Positions 9,257 through 19,244 of a stretch of DNA of 40,798 nt are shown in pieces (position 1 is the stretch's first letter; the number at the start of each line of letters is the position of its first letter). The notes beneath the pieces were generated by a model. It saw only the letters and a list, made by a program, of their open reading frames with translations. It was not told the origin of the DNA and did no database searches. The translations under genes and the position numbers were made by a program. Source of the DNA: Rickettsiales bacterium. GTDB taxonomy: Bacteria; Pseudomonadota; Alphaproteobacteria; Rickettsiales; UBA1997. The DNA lies in assembly GCA_947503755.1 (NCBI GenBank), contig CANNFC010000003.1, positions 1 to 40,798 of the forward strand, in the 5' to 3' direction.

Positions 9257-10138
9257 TTATAATTTTTTAATAACAGAAACGATATGGCTAATAATTTCTT
9301 TGCCAATATCAAGTTGAGTTGCTTTTTCAATGCCTTCTAAACCTGGTGAAGAATTAACTTCGAGAATTTTTAAGCCATCAGCAGATCGAACCATATCGAC
9401 CCCAGCAATTTGCAAGCCCAATAATTTGCTGGCTTTAATTGCCATTTCTTCTTCTTGATGAGTGATTTTTATCATTTTTCCGCTAGCACCTAAGTGAATG
9501 TTTGCCCTAAATTCGCCTTCTTGGGCGGTTCGTTGCATAGTGGCAATAACTTTATCGCCAATCACAAAACATCTGAGATCTTGCCCTTTGGCTTCGTAAA
9601 TATATTGTTGCACCAGCACATCATTTTTTAGGCTATGAAAAGAATTAACAATGCTTTCTGCGGCTTTATTGGTTTCGGCAAGCATAACTCCAACACCTTT
9701 GGTGCCCTCGATGAGTTTGATAATTAATGGTGCTTGATTAACTTTTTGCACCAAATCTTTTGTGTAGACGGCCGAATTGGCAAAAGCAGTGGTTGGCACT
9801 GGTAAATTATTTTGAGCTAAAATTTGCAAAGTATATAGTTTGTCGCGAGAATTGATGATGGCAGAAGAAGAGTTGAGGCAGTTAATATTGATGGCTTCAA
9901 ATTGCCTGATAATAGAGGTGGCATAATAGGTGAGGGCAGGTTTTATTCTGGTGATTACACAGTTGATGTTATTGACTGCTTTGTTTTGATGGTAGACTTC
10001 TAGTTGATTGCTTTTGATAGTTAAATAACAATCGGCAATGTTGATAAAAGAGATGTCATGCCCTAAGCTAACAGCGGAAGATAATAATTTTTGATTTGAA
10101 TAAAGTTTGGGATTAGAAGCAAAAAGAATTAATTTCAT
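9257..10138 (-). CDS. rimK: RimK-family ATP-grasp ligase (ribosomal protein S6 glutamate ligase-like)
   Basis: PLIIKLIEGTKGVGV, DLRCFVIGDKV, EFRANIHLG and LEVNSSPGLEGIE, as in RimK. Confidence 0.9.
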   Translation of the reverse strand: MKLILFASNPKLYSNQKLLSSAVSLGHDISFINIADCYLTIKSNQLEVYHQNKAVNNINCVITRIKPALTYYATSIIRQFEAININCLNSSSAIINSRDKLYTLQILAQNNLPVPTTAFANSAVYTKDLVQKVNQAPLIIKLIEGTKGVGVMLAETNKAAESIVNSFHSLKNDVLVQQYIYEAKGQDLRCFVIGDKVIATMQRTAQEGEFRANIHLGASGKMIKITHQEEEMAIKASKLLGLQIAGVDMVRSADGLKILEVNSSPGLEGIEKATQLDIGKEIISHIVSVIKKL

Positions 10139-10147
10139 AGAGTAATT

Positions 10148-11560
10148 TTAGGCCTGTTTATATGTTTTTTGTGTAATTGTTTTATAGATATTATAAGCCA
10201 TAACCAAGCTACCAGTTAAGAAAAATAAACCGCCCAAAGCTCGCATCACATATAGTGGATGAGTGGCTTTTAAAACATCGATGAAAGAATATTGTAAAAT
10301 ACCTTGTTCGTTATAAGATCGCCACATAACTCCTTGTGAAATGCCAGAAATCCACATAGCTACAATATAAAGAACGATGCCAACGGTTGCTAGCCAAAAG
10401 TGAGTGTTGACTAGTTTTGTAGAATATAGGTTGGGCTTGTTCCACAATATTGGCACTAAATGATAGATTGCTCCAAAGCTAATTAAGGCAACCCAGCCCA
10501 AAGCTCCAGAATGCACATGGCCGATAGTCCAGTCGGTGTAGTGCGATAGGGCATTGATTGCTTTGATAGACATTAACGGGCCTTCGAAAGTGCTCATGCC
10601 ATAAAAAGCCACAGAGGTGATTAAAAATCGTAAAACAGGATCGGTTCTGAGTTTGTCCCATGCCCCAGAAAGAGTCATAATGCCGTTAATCATACCGCCC
10701 CAAGAAGGCATCCATAGCATAATAGAAAAAGTCATACCAAGATTTTGCACCCAGTCTGGCAAAGAAGTGTAGTGTAGATGATGCGGCCCTGCCCAAATGT
10801 AGATAAAAATCAAAGACCAAAAGTGCAAAATGGAAAGACGATAAGAATATACAGGTCTTTCTGCTCTTTTTGGCACAAAATAATACATAATGCCAATAAA
10901 ACCTGCGGTTAAGAAAAAGCCAACCGCATTATGACCATACCACCATTGAATCATCGCACTTGGCACCCCGCCAAAAATTGGGTAGCTATCGACACTATCA
11001 ATTTTCGTAGGAATGGCTAAATTATTGACAATATGTAACACGGTAAAGGTTAAAATAAAAGCAAGAAAAAACCAGTTGGCAACATAAATATGAGGTTCTT
11101 TGCGATTTTTTAAAGTGAGTAAAAACACCACAAAATAACTGATCCACACTGGTAAAAGTAATAGATCGGCATACCATTCTGGTTCGGCATATTCTTTGGC
11201 TTGAGTGATGCCAAAAACATAGCCAACCGCGGCTATAATAATGAAGGCCTGGTAGCCAAAAAAAATAAAATTATGCAAGCCTTTACCGCCCCACAAAGGA
11301 ACCCCCGAAGTTCGTTGCACCACAAAAAAACTGGTAGCAAACAACACATTGCCACCAAAAGCAAAAATAACCGCCGAAGTGTGTAGGGGGCGAAGTCTGC
11401 CGAAACTGGTGTATTGCCAATCAAAATTTAAGATAGGAAAAGCCATTTGCGAGGCAATTAAAACCCCAACCGTAAAGCCAATAATGCCCCAAAAAACAGC
11501 GGCAAGAGTAAACATTTTAACAATGCGATAGTTGTAGTATGAATGTGTGTTAGATAGCAT
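10148..11560 (-). CDS. ccoN: cbb3-type cytochrome c oxidase subunit I (CcoN/FixN)
   Basis: [60 protein letters not shown] and [17 protein letters not shown]. Confidence 0.95.
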   Translation of the reverse strand: MLSNTHSYYNYRIVKMFTLAAVFWGIIGFTVGVLIASQMAFPILNFDWQYTSFGRLRPLHTSAVIFAFGGNVLFATSFFVVQRTSGVPLWGGKGLHNFIFFGYQAFIIIAAVGYVFGITQAKEYAEPEWYADLLLLPVWISYFVVFLLTLKNRKEPHIYVANWFFLAFILTFTVLHIVNNLAIPTKIDSVDSYPIFGGVPSAMIQWWYGHNAVGFFLTAGFIGIMYYFVPKRAERPVYSYRLSILHFWSLIFIYIWAGPHHLHYTSLPDWVQNLGMTFSIMLWMPSWGGMINGIMTLSGAWDKLRTDPVLRFLITSVAFYGMSTFEGPLMSIKAINALSHYTDWTIGHVHSGALGWVALISFGAIYHLVPILWNKPNLYSTKLVNTHFWLATVGIVLYIVAMWISGISQGVMWRSYNEQGILQYSFIDVLKATHPLYVMRALGGLFFLTGSLVMAYNIYKTITQKTYKQA

Positions 11561-11562
11561 AA

Positions 11563-12291
11563 TTAAAAAAACAATAATTTCAATATTGCTAAAATATTAA
11601 ACATTATAATAATATTTGCAATAATTTTAAATTCTGGTAATTTCTGCCAATAATTTACCAGAGCAGAACTAAAAAGCAAGGCAGGAATTGTAGATAAACC
11701 AAAAATTAACATACCAAGCATCGCTAATAAAGGCGAATCAAAGCTACTAGCCAAGCTATAGGCAACATAAAGCAAACCGCAAGGAATAAAACCCAAGATT
11801 AACCCCAAAAAATAACCTTGCCAACCAAGAGGATTATTTAACATTTTTTTGCTAATTTTGCTGAAAAATTTTTGCCAAAATTTATTAATTGTTTGGTAGA
11901 TAAAAATTTTAGTAAAAAAATGGTGAATTTTGGTAAAATATTTGCTAAATTTTTTTTTTGAGCAGTTTTGGCAAAATAAATACACAAAAAAAAGTAAAGC
12001 CAAGCTTAAAAAAAAGTGCTGTAAAATTTGTAAAGAAAAATAGTTGTCGATTTTTTTTCGCACTAAAGCAAGCAAAAATGCTGTGAGTGTGTAGGTGGTG
12101 ATTCGACCAAAATGATAGGGGAGTAGAGCATAAGATTTAATTTTTTGCAAAGACATTTCTGGGTAAGTGTTGTGGCTGGTGGTATTATGGGTGAGGGTGG
12201 CAACGATTGGCCCGCACATTGCTAGGCAATGGCTAAAGCTTTGAGTGATTCCTAAAAATAACAATGGATAAATTAAAAGAAAATCCGACAT
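11563..12291 (-). CDS. DsbD_2 / TauE-SafE-like integral membrane protein
   Basis: [10 protein letters not shown] motif in the first TM helix and multiple TM segments. A Lys-rich loop is inserted mid-protein. Proteins of this kind often accompany cco accessory genes. Confidence 0.6.
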   Translation of the reverse strand: MSDFLLIYPLLFLGITQSFSHCLAMCGPIVATLTHNTTSHNTYPEMSLQKIKSYALLPYHFGRITTYTLTAFLLALVRKKIDNYFSLQILQHFFLSLALLFFVYLFCQNCSKKKFSKYFTKIHHFFTKIFIYQTINKFWQKFFSKISKKMLNNPLGWQGYFLGLILGFIPCGLLYVAYSLASSFDSPLLAMLGMLIFGLSTIPALLFSSALVNYWQKLPEFKIIANIIIMFNILAILKLLFF

Positions 12292-13350
12292 TTATGGGGT
12301 TGGTAAGGTGTTTTTAACAACTTGGCAATTGTTAATTTCGAGCACTTCTTGACATTTTTCTTGTTGAAAACAAATCTCTAAATCAACATTATTCAATGTT
12401 TCGCACTCTTTTTTTTCTTCTGCTATGTTTTGAGTGAGGCAAGCAAGTTTTTTGGTACATTGCTCTTGATGAAAAGTTTTTTGCCATAAAATTGTTGCCA
12501 AAATTTCTAAAGATTGATTTTTTGATTTATCTTGGCATAAAATAAGATTTTCGATGGTTTGCCAGCTAATGTGCTGATTATTGTAAAGAATTGCATATTG
12601 TTGTTGATTGTGCCAAAAAAAGCTGAGTTGTTTTAGGTGGCTGTTGTTGGGAATTTTGAAAAATAAATCTTGTGTTGGGATGGGTGCATAAATTTGTTGA
12701 TGCACAAATAGTTTGTCGGCAAATAAACAAGGTTGAGCCTTGATTTCATTGCTTGTTGAAGACAAAAAAAACTTGTTAATATTGCCATTAAAGGCGGTAA
12801 AATTAATTTTATTGTATTTGGTGGTGTAAAAATCGTAGTTTTTGTTGATGATTTTTGGATAGGTTTTTTGAATAGAATTTCGATGATAAGCAAGTTGAGT
12901 GGCTAAAATTTTGTTGCTAAAAATATGTAAAGTGGTGGGATGAAAATACGGCTTGCCAAACAAAGAATCGGCGAAAAAACATTTGTTGACAATGGTGTTG
13001 TCGCAGTTTTGTTGAGTGAGTTCTATTTCTAAAAAATAATCTGTTTCTATCGAGGTATTTTTTGGTTGAAGATCGAAATTATCGTTTGATTCTGGATTTT
13101 TAAAGATAAATTTTTTATTTTTTGGTTTTTTTTGCTGATGATTTTTGCTGATTTTTTTAGCGATTGTTTTGGTTTTTTTGCTGTTTTTGCTATTATTTTG
13201 AGCAAAACTGGTGCCAAAACTCATATTGTAGCAAAAAAATATGAGCAAAAAAACAACAATTTTGATGTTTTTAAAAACAGCTAAGTAAGGCATATAAGCT
13301 AGATAAATAGGGTTTTGATATTGATTTTTCTTTGGCGAATTGCAAGGCAT
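12292..13350 (-). CDS. Hypothetical secreted/membrane-anchored protein with a Lys-rich spacer and a Cys-rich C-terminus
   Basis: Signal-peptide-like MPYLAVFKNIKIVVFLLIFFCYNMSFGTSFAQ begins at the second ATG (13293), which is probably the true start. The 13350 start would overlap panE by 80 nt. Confidence 0.55.
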   Translation of the reverse strand: MPCNSPKKNQYQNPIYLAYMPYLAVFKNIKIVVFLLIFFCYNMSFGTSFAQNNSKNSKKTKTIAKKISKNHQQKKPKNKKFIFKNPESNDNFDLQPKNTSIETDYFLEIELTQQNCDNTIVNKCFFADSLFGKPYFHPTTLHIFSNKILATQLAYHRNSIQKTYPKIINKNYDFYTTKYNKINFTAFNGNINKFFLSSTSNEIKAQPCLFADKLFVHQQIYAPIPTQDLFFKIPNNSHLKQLSFFWHNQQQYAILYNNQHISWQTIENLILCQDKSKNQSLEILATILWQKTFHQEQCTKKLACLTQNIAEEKKECETLNNVDLEICFQQEKCQEVLEINNCQVVKNTLPTP

Positions 13351-14173
13351 TGCCTAATATTGCTTCAATTTCGAGTGGTCGATGATGTTTAAAATCAAGC
13401 AACATGCTGGTTTCGTAAGGAACCATTTTTTCAGTATAAGCAATTTTTTTTGCAATGATATTTTCTGGCAAAAAACAGCCATCGGCTTTGGCAAGTAAAA
13501 AAACTTCTTGCATTACTTGCATAATTAGTTGTCGACAATGTGTGTTGTCTAGCATTTGCTTAGTGTTGCAACCGCCACTTAACACTGAAATTGGGTTGAA
13601 AGAAGCATTCCAGATTAATTTTTCCCAACGATCGGTTTGAATATTGTCGCTTACTGTTGTTGCGATGTTGACTTGATTAAACAGATTTGCCAAAAAATGT
13701 GTATCGATACTGGCTTTTTTTTGATAATTTCCCATAATAAGATGACCATTATCTTGATGATGAATCTTGGTGTTGCTGATTTTTGCCACACAAACAAAGG
13801 CGATAACACTAATAATTTGTTGTTGAATTTTTTTTGCTAAATCGCACTCAATGTTGATGCCGTTTTGTATCAGAACAATTTTGGTGTGTTTTGCTAACAC
13901 TGGGGCAATAATACTAGGTAAATCAATGTTTGGCAAAACTTTGGTGGCGATTAAAATATAGTCGGGTTGTTGTTGATATTTGGCTAAATCATCAATAACC
14001 AATTGCGGACGAAAACAATAAGTTTGGTTGATGCTAAGAATATCGATACCTTTTTCTTGCACTTCTTGGGCATTTTTTCGCATCAATAAGCAAATTTCTG
14101 CACCCGCCTGCCAAAGCTTTGAAGCATAAAAACAACCAATTGCACCGGCTCCAATTACTAAAATTTTGGTCAT
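13271..14173 (-). CDS. panE: 2-dehydropantoate 2-reductase (ApbA/PanE family)
   Basis: N-terminal Rossmann motif KILVIGAGAIGCFYA, with family-typical length and C-terminal domain. Confidence 0.8.
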   Translation of the reverse strand: MTKILVIGAGAIGCFYASKLWQAGAEICLLMRKNAQEVQEKGIDILSINQTYCFRPQLVIDDLAKYQQQPDYILIATKVLPNIDLPSIIAPVLAKHTKIVLIQNGINIECDLAKKIQQQIISVIAFVCVAKISNTKIHHQDNGHLIMGNYQKKASIDTHFLANLFNQVNIATTVSDNIQTDRWEKLIWNASFNPISVLSGGCNTKQMLDNTHCRQLIMQVMQEVFLLAKADGCFLPENIIAKKIAYTEKMVPYETSMLLDFKHHRPLEIEAILGNALQFAKEKSISKPYLSSLYALLSCF

Positions 14174-14454
14174 AAAGTAGAAATATGATTAAAAATAATA
14201 AAACAAAAAAAACAAATGTAAATTAAACTAGATAAAATAGCAGAAAAAAATACTATTTCTAACAAAGGAAGAAAAGAGTTTTTATGATGAATGTTAAAGA
14301 AAAAAAGAAAGCAAATCAAGAGGCAAATTGCTAAAACTCCAAGAAAAAAGTTTTTTTGCCAAAAGGCAAATAACAGTAAATAACAACTAAACAGCAACAA
14401 AAAAGGCAAAAGAAAGTTAAAAATGGCATTTTGTAAATTTTGACTGGCTTGCAT
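14170..14454 (-). CDS. Small hypothetical membrane protein (about 3 TM helices)
   Basis: ATG start and ATGA overlap with the panE start (translational coupling). Strongly hydrophobic with no known motif. Confidence 0.45.
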   Translation of the reverse strand: MQASQNLQNAIFNFLLPFLLLFSCYLLLFAFWQKNFFLGVLAICLLICFLFFFNIHHKNSFLPLLEIVFFSAILSSLIYICFFCFIIFNHISTL

Positions 14455-14495
14455 AATAAAAATTTTAAATTAATATGAAAAGAAATATTATAATT

Positions 14496-17400
14496 TTATT
14501 GAATAATTAATTGATTAATTTTCTTTTGAAGTTTTTTTAATTCTTCATTTTTGGAATCAATCCAATCATAAGACCAAATTCTATGAATATTCCAACCTTT
14601 TGATTCTAAAACTTCTTGACGAAGCCGATCTCTTTCTCTGGCTGTTTTTCCTGAGTGATACATTTCGCCATCGCACTCGATTCCTAAAATATAATTTTTG
14701 GTATTTGGGCAAATAACAGTCAAATCTATTTTATAACCAGAGCAACCAACTTGAGACTCAATTTCATAACCTAGTGATCTTAATGATTTACAAACACTTT
14801 CTTCAAAGCCACTATCGAAATTATCTTGTTTTATATGATTTTTTGAAGGTATGCCAAAATTACCAGTCTCGGCAAATAGTAAATATTGTTTAAAAAAATC
14901 TATACCTTTTTTTTTATCATCATTTTTAATATCTTGCCATTTTAAAGAACTAAGTAAATGTATTTTTTTCTTGGCTCTAGAGAACATTACATTTAGTCTT
15001 TTATAAGAATTTTCTGAGTTGATTTGTTGAAACATTCTACCGTCAATTTTCCCTTGTTGATTTTTTGCATAAGAGCTACAAATAATTATTGTATCTCTCT
15101 CATCGCCTTGGCAATTTTCAAGATTTTTAACAAAAAGACCATCTTCATCATCGCTATCAAGCCAAGTATCAAGAGCACTATCACGAGATATAAGAGATCT
15201 GATTAATTCTTGTTGTTTGCTATTAATTGATATAACACCAACAGATCTAGCTCCTGTATCGTAAATTTCTTTCAATAATGTTATTACATATTTTGCTTCG
15301 TAGTCGTTTTTTTGTTTCTCCCAAATTCCTTCTTGTAAATAATGAAACTCAATCGGCTTTTCATTTCTATTAGAATTTGGAAAGGTTATTAATCTTTCGC
15401 CATAAACAAATTTATTTGATGGTTTTATTAAAACATCAAACTTACTACGATAATGCCAATTTAATGATATTTCTGGAAGTTTCGTAGCACTATATGATAA
15501 TAATCCTGGATAATCATTTATATCTTCTTCATTTTGTTCTTCTTCAAAATCGTTATCATTATCTTCAATAATATCTTGATTATTAAATAAATTTGTTGGT
15601 GGCATTTGCTGGGTATCGCCAGCGATAATTATTTGTTTTGCTCTAAAAATTGAACTTAAAGCATCACAAGTAAAAATTTGCGATGCTTCATCAAAAATTA
15701 CCACATCAAATATAGGTTTATCAATATCTTTTTTATCAATTGCAAAATATTCACAGATTGTTAACGGGCTACAAACTACACAGCCAATTGAATTAAAAAT
15801 AATGTCGCGATATTCAGAGATAATTTGACGTGGCTTTGGGAATTTTGCGCGATTTTTTAAGTTTCTAAATATACTATCCTGAGCAGATTTAGAACTCTTT
15901 TCTTTGAGGGATTGGATAACTCTATTTTTATTTATCTGAATTATATTCTTATCAAGAATCTTAAAATTATCAACAATTTGAGAGGTTAAATTTGTATTGG
16001 AAATTAACTCATTTTTACTTGCCAAATTCTCTATTACTTTCGAGTAAAAGCTCTTTTTAAATGTTTTTACAATCTCTCTTGATGATAAAATATTGTTTTT
16101 TAAACATTGATTCCAAAAACTTATTACTGATAATGCCTCCAAATTTTTTTTGAGCTCTAAATAAGAAATAGATCTTGGCAAGACATGTAAGTATTTGGCA
16201 TATAAAGATATTTCTTGCTCTAAATTATTTAAGTCAGTTTCTTGGAAATCATAAGAAATTTTTAGATACGACGATATGAATTGATGAAGATCTTTTAAAT
16301 TATAAATGGTTTTTTGTAATTCTTCTTTTACAGAATATAATTCATTCTTATTTCTAAAATAATTTTCTACCAGTTCATTGAATTGGTTAATATTAATTTT
16401 GTCAGATATTATATTTTGTAAGGTTTCGGTTAGTTTATGGTTTTCTATTTTTAGATAAGTTTTTTTGATAGATTTATTTGTTTTTTTCTTCAGAAAGAAA
16501 TTTTTAACCTTCTTCACTATGTTAAAAATTTTGATAGGATCTTGAGTTACTCTATATAAATTTTCTTTGTGAGATAAATATTTTGTAAATAGTTGTAAAA
16601 TATTTTTTAGATCTTCAATTTTATTAAATTTTTCTACATCACAATTTACTTCATTGAACTTTTTTTTAAGATTTTCAAGTATTTTACTTAATTCTAATAT
16701 GTTTAATTGTAAATGATTTCTACTTTGGATATGTTTTTGAAAATTAGTAATAGATTTTTTATCTGCATCATTTTTTAGAAAGTTTTTTAATTTTTCTAAA
16801 TTGTTTTCTAAAAAAATATTATTTGTATCGTGATATATATCAGAAAACTCGGCAATCTGTTCCAAGGTATTCAAGCATAAATCAAAATCTTTTTTTGAGG
16901 ATTCGCTAAAAAGATCGGAGTCAAGTTTTTTAACATCTTCCATTTGGCTTAATTCAGAAATTAAATAGAACGGTTTTTTGTTAAAACTTAATTCTTGGTG
17001 GAGTAAATCACTCCTTTTGCTGATATTTTTTTTGGCTTCATTAAGCTTTTCGAAAATATCTTTTGTATTATTTTGGGAATAATTTTTAAAATCGTCAATA
17101 GAATCAATAACTTGTTCAATAATTTCTTTAGATTTTGATTTTTTATCATGTAGATCAAGAAATATTTTTTCAAGACCGATGTTAGAAAAATTTTTTATAA
17201 CAGCATCTATCGCGGCTTTTTTTTCGGCTACAAACAAAACTTTTTTTCCACAAGAGGCTAGTTCTGCAATTATATTAGAAATTGTTTGAGTTTTACCAGT
17301 TCCGGGAGGGCCTTGTATTATAAAATTTTTACCATCTTTTGCCGCTTGAATTGCTTGAAGTTGTGAAGAATCAAAATCAAATGGGCTAAAAAACTTATCA

Positions 17401-18233
17401 GATGATATTTTGTCGATTTCATAGGGTTTTTGAAATTCTCCTTGATTAAATTCATTAAAGTCTTTTGAAAGAAATATTTTAATTAGATTATGATTTAAAA
17501 AATTTTGTTCTAAATCTACAAGTTCGTTATATAAAGATGCTTTAGCAGAATTAAATATTCCTAGTGTAATTTTTTTTTCTATTGAAATGCCTTTTATATT
17601 TTCGGCTAAAAATTCTTGGATTTGAGAAATTTTTTGATCGATATCATCTAGCGAAGCATTGCTTAAATCTTTAAAATCAATAATTTTATTATCTATAATA
17701 ATTTGAAAATCATTTTTAAATTTTTCGTATATAGCATAATTAAAATTAATCGTCAAAGGTTTAGTGTTAGGATGATTTACAGAATAACTACCTTTTTTAT
17801 TTTTTACAACCTCAGTAGAAATTAAATAAATTGGGGCATATTTTTGGTTATTACCATCTGGGTATTTAAAAAAATAATAAGCCCAATTTGTTGGATTAAA
17901 GCCCTTTTCATCTTTGATTTCTTTTTGTTTTAAATAAATTTTTTCTAGAGTTTTATGGAGTTCTTGTTGTAATTTTTTATTTTCATCTGGTGCTGAATTA
18001 ATAATGCTGTTTTTAGCAAGCTCGAGATTAAATTGATATGTGTTAGAATAGTCTATTTTTTCAATCTCAAAAGATTGATTTTGAGATTTTTTATTTTTTT
18101 GAATTTGTAATAATTTATCAATATCAAGTGAAGTTTTGGATGTAAATTTAAAGTGAATAAGATTGTTTCTTGCGGTGGTGTCTATTAAATTTTTCTTACA
18201 TTGATCTAAAAAAGAACTATTTCTATTTGTCAT
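14496..18233 (-). CDS. DUF4011-like N-terminus + Upf1-like SF1 helicase (AAA_11/AAA_12) + C-terminal DUF559/Vsr-like PD-(D/E)xK nuclease
   Basis: N-terminus LIDTTARNNLIHFK. Walker A QGPPGTGKTQT (nt ~17292-17315), Walker B VIFDEASQI (~15680-15700), then GDTQQMPP, NWHYRS, QGDERDTIII and RLNVMFSRAK. C-terminus GYKIDL...GIECDGEMYH...RDRLRQEVLESKGWNIHRIW. Confidence 0.9.
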   Translation of the reverse strand: MTNRNSSFLDQCKKNLIDTTARNNLIHFKFTSKTSLDIDKLLQIQKNKKSQNQSFEIEKIDYSNTYQFNLELAKNSIINSAPDENKKLQQELHKTLEKIYLKQKEIKDEKGFNPTNWAYYFFKYPDGNNQKYAPIYLISTEVVKNKKGSYSVNHPNTKPLTINFNYAIYEKFKNDFQIIIDNKIIDFKDLSNASLDDIDQKISQIQEFLAENIKGISIEKKITLGIFNSAKASLYNELVDLEQNFLNHNLIKIFLSKDFNEFNQGEFQKPYEIDKISSDKFFSPFDFDSSQLQAIQAAKDGKNFIIQGPPGTGKTQTISNIIAELASCGKKVLFVAEKKAAIDAVIKNFSNIGLEKIFLDLHDKKSKSKEIIEQVIDSIDDFKNYSQNNTKDIFEKLNEAKKNISKRSDLLHQELSFNKKPFYLISELSQMEDVKKLDSDLFSESSKKDFDLCLNTLEQIAEFSDIYHDTNNIFLENNLEKLKNFLKNDADKKSITNFQKHIQSRNHLQLNILELSKILENLKKKFNEVNCDVEKFNKIEDLKNILQLFTKYLSHKENLYRVTQDPIKIFNIVKKVKNFFLKKKTNKSIKKTYLKIENHKLTETLQNIISDKININQFNELVENYFRNKNELYSVKEELQKTIYNLKDLHQFISSYLKISYDFQETDLNNLEQEISLYAKYLHVLPRSISYLELKKNLEALSVISFWNQCLKNNILSSREIVKTFKKSFYSKVIENLASKNELISNTNLTSQIVDNFKILDKNIIQINKNRVIQSLKEKSSKSAQDSIFRNLKNRAKFPKPRQIISEYRDIIFNSIGCVVCSPLTICEYFAIDKKDIDKPIFDVVIFDEASQIFTCDALSSIFRAKQIIIAGDTQQMPPTNLFNNQDIIEDNDNDFEEEQNEEDINDYPGLLSYSATKLPEISLNWHYRSKFDVLIKPSNKFVYGERLITFPNSNRNEKPIEFHYLQEGIWEKQKNDYEAKYVITLLKEIYDTGARSVGVISINSKQQELIRSLISRDSALDTWLDSDDEDGLFVKNLENCQGDERDTIIICSSYAKNQQGKIDGRMFQQINSENSYKRLNVMFSRAKKKIHLLSSLKWQDIKNDDKKKGIDFFKQYLLFAETGNFGIPSKNHIKQDNFDSGFEESVCKSLRSLGYEIESQVGCSGYKIDLTVICPNTKNYILGIECDGEMYHSGKTARERDRLRQEVLESKGWNIHRIWSYDWIDSKNEELKKLQKKINQLIIQ

Positions 18234-18393
18234 AATTGATGATAACTTTTACTTGCATAATTTAGGGTGCAAGAGCTTTGATTATAGTTTTTAACACATT
18301 TAAAATTAGATTTCGATAATTTTAGTTTTATATTTTTAGAATGCAACAGTGCCTTTAAATATAGTTTTCATTGCTATAATACCATTTTTATTT

Positions 18394-19215
18394 TTAAATT
18401 TTCTGTGTTTCGGTTTTTTTGTTTTGATATTCGAGGTATATTTTGTTTTCTATTCTAAGGTCGATGGTTTTTAAGTTTTTTATTTCTGGATTGTTGTTAT
18501 TGTATATTTTTGCTAAATTTTGCCAAGCATTGTAAATGTTGTTTTCGGGCATTTTAATGAGAGTGCCATCAAGCAATATCAGATTCCATCTTCTTTCGCC
18601 AACCCAGTGAGCAGAATAAATTAGGCTACTAATATTTTGATTAATGGTGATAATGTTAAAAAAAGATTTAATATTTTTATTAGCTCCTAAACCAGAAAAA
18701 ATCAGCATATTTTCGAATTCTGATTTTTCGTCATCGGGTATTTTATTGAGTGAAATAATAATATCGCCGTCTTTGTCGACTAAGAATTTTTTTGCCCCAT
18801 CAAACCACAAAGCGATTGGTTGATATTCGGTGATGATAATGTATACTTGATTAAGCAAATTTCTTTTGATGACAATATTTTTTAACCAAGGCAAAGAATG
18901 GTGCAATTGTTCTTGCAAATCAAGTAAAGATATGGCGGCGATATGATTATTGCCGAGATGATTTTTAATGATTTGAGTTATTTCTTCGTTATTGATTTTT
19001 TTATTTCCTGTGATGATGATTTTTAAGGGCTGAAAAAAAAGTGGCGATTTTAGGTTGTTGACGATGATTTTGGTTAAAAAATCGGGCTTATGAATGGCGA
19101 GACCTAAAAAAGCAAAAATCAACAACAAGAAAAGCGAAATAACTATGGTTGTGAGTGTTTTTTTTATTTTAATTATTATTCTAGGAATTATTATTTTGGG
19201 CAGTTTTTTTTTCAT
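18394..19215 (-). CDS. ftsQ: Cell division protein FtsQ (POTRA domain)
   Basis: N-terminal TM helix, then IIITGNKKI...LPWLKNIVIKR...IIITEYQPIALW. The track start at 19248 is a TTG. The first ATG (MKKKLPK) is at 19215. Confidence 0.85.
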   Translation of the reverse strand: MKKKLPKIIIPRIIIKIKKTLTTIVISLFLLLIFAFLGLAIHKPDFLTKIIVNNLKSPLFFQPLKIIITGNKKINNEEITQIIKNHLGNNHIAAISLLDLQEQLHHSLPWLKNIVIKRNLLNQVYIIITEYQPIALWFDGAKKFLVDKDGDIIISLNKIPDDEKSEFENMLIFSGLGANKNIKSFFNIITINQNISSLIYSAHWVGERRWNLILLDGTLIKMPENNIYNAWQNLAKIYNNNNPEIKNLKTIDLRIENKIYLEYQNKKTETQKI

Positions 19216-19244
19216 TTGTGGTTGAAATATAAACGAATTAAAAA

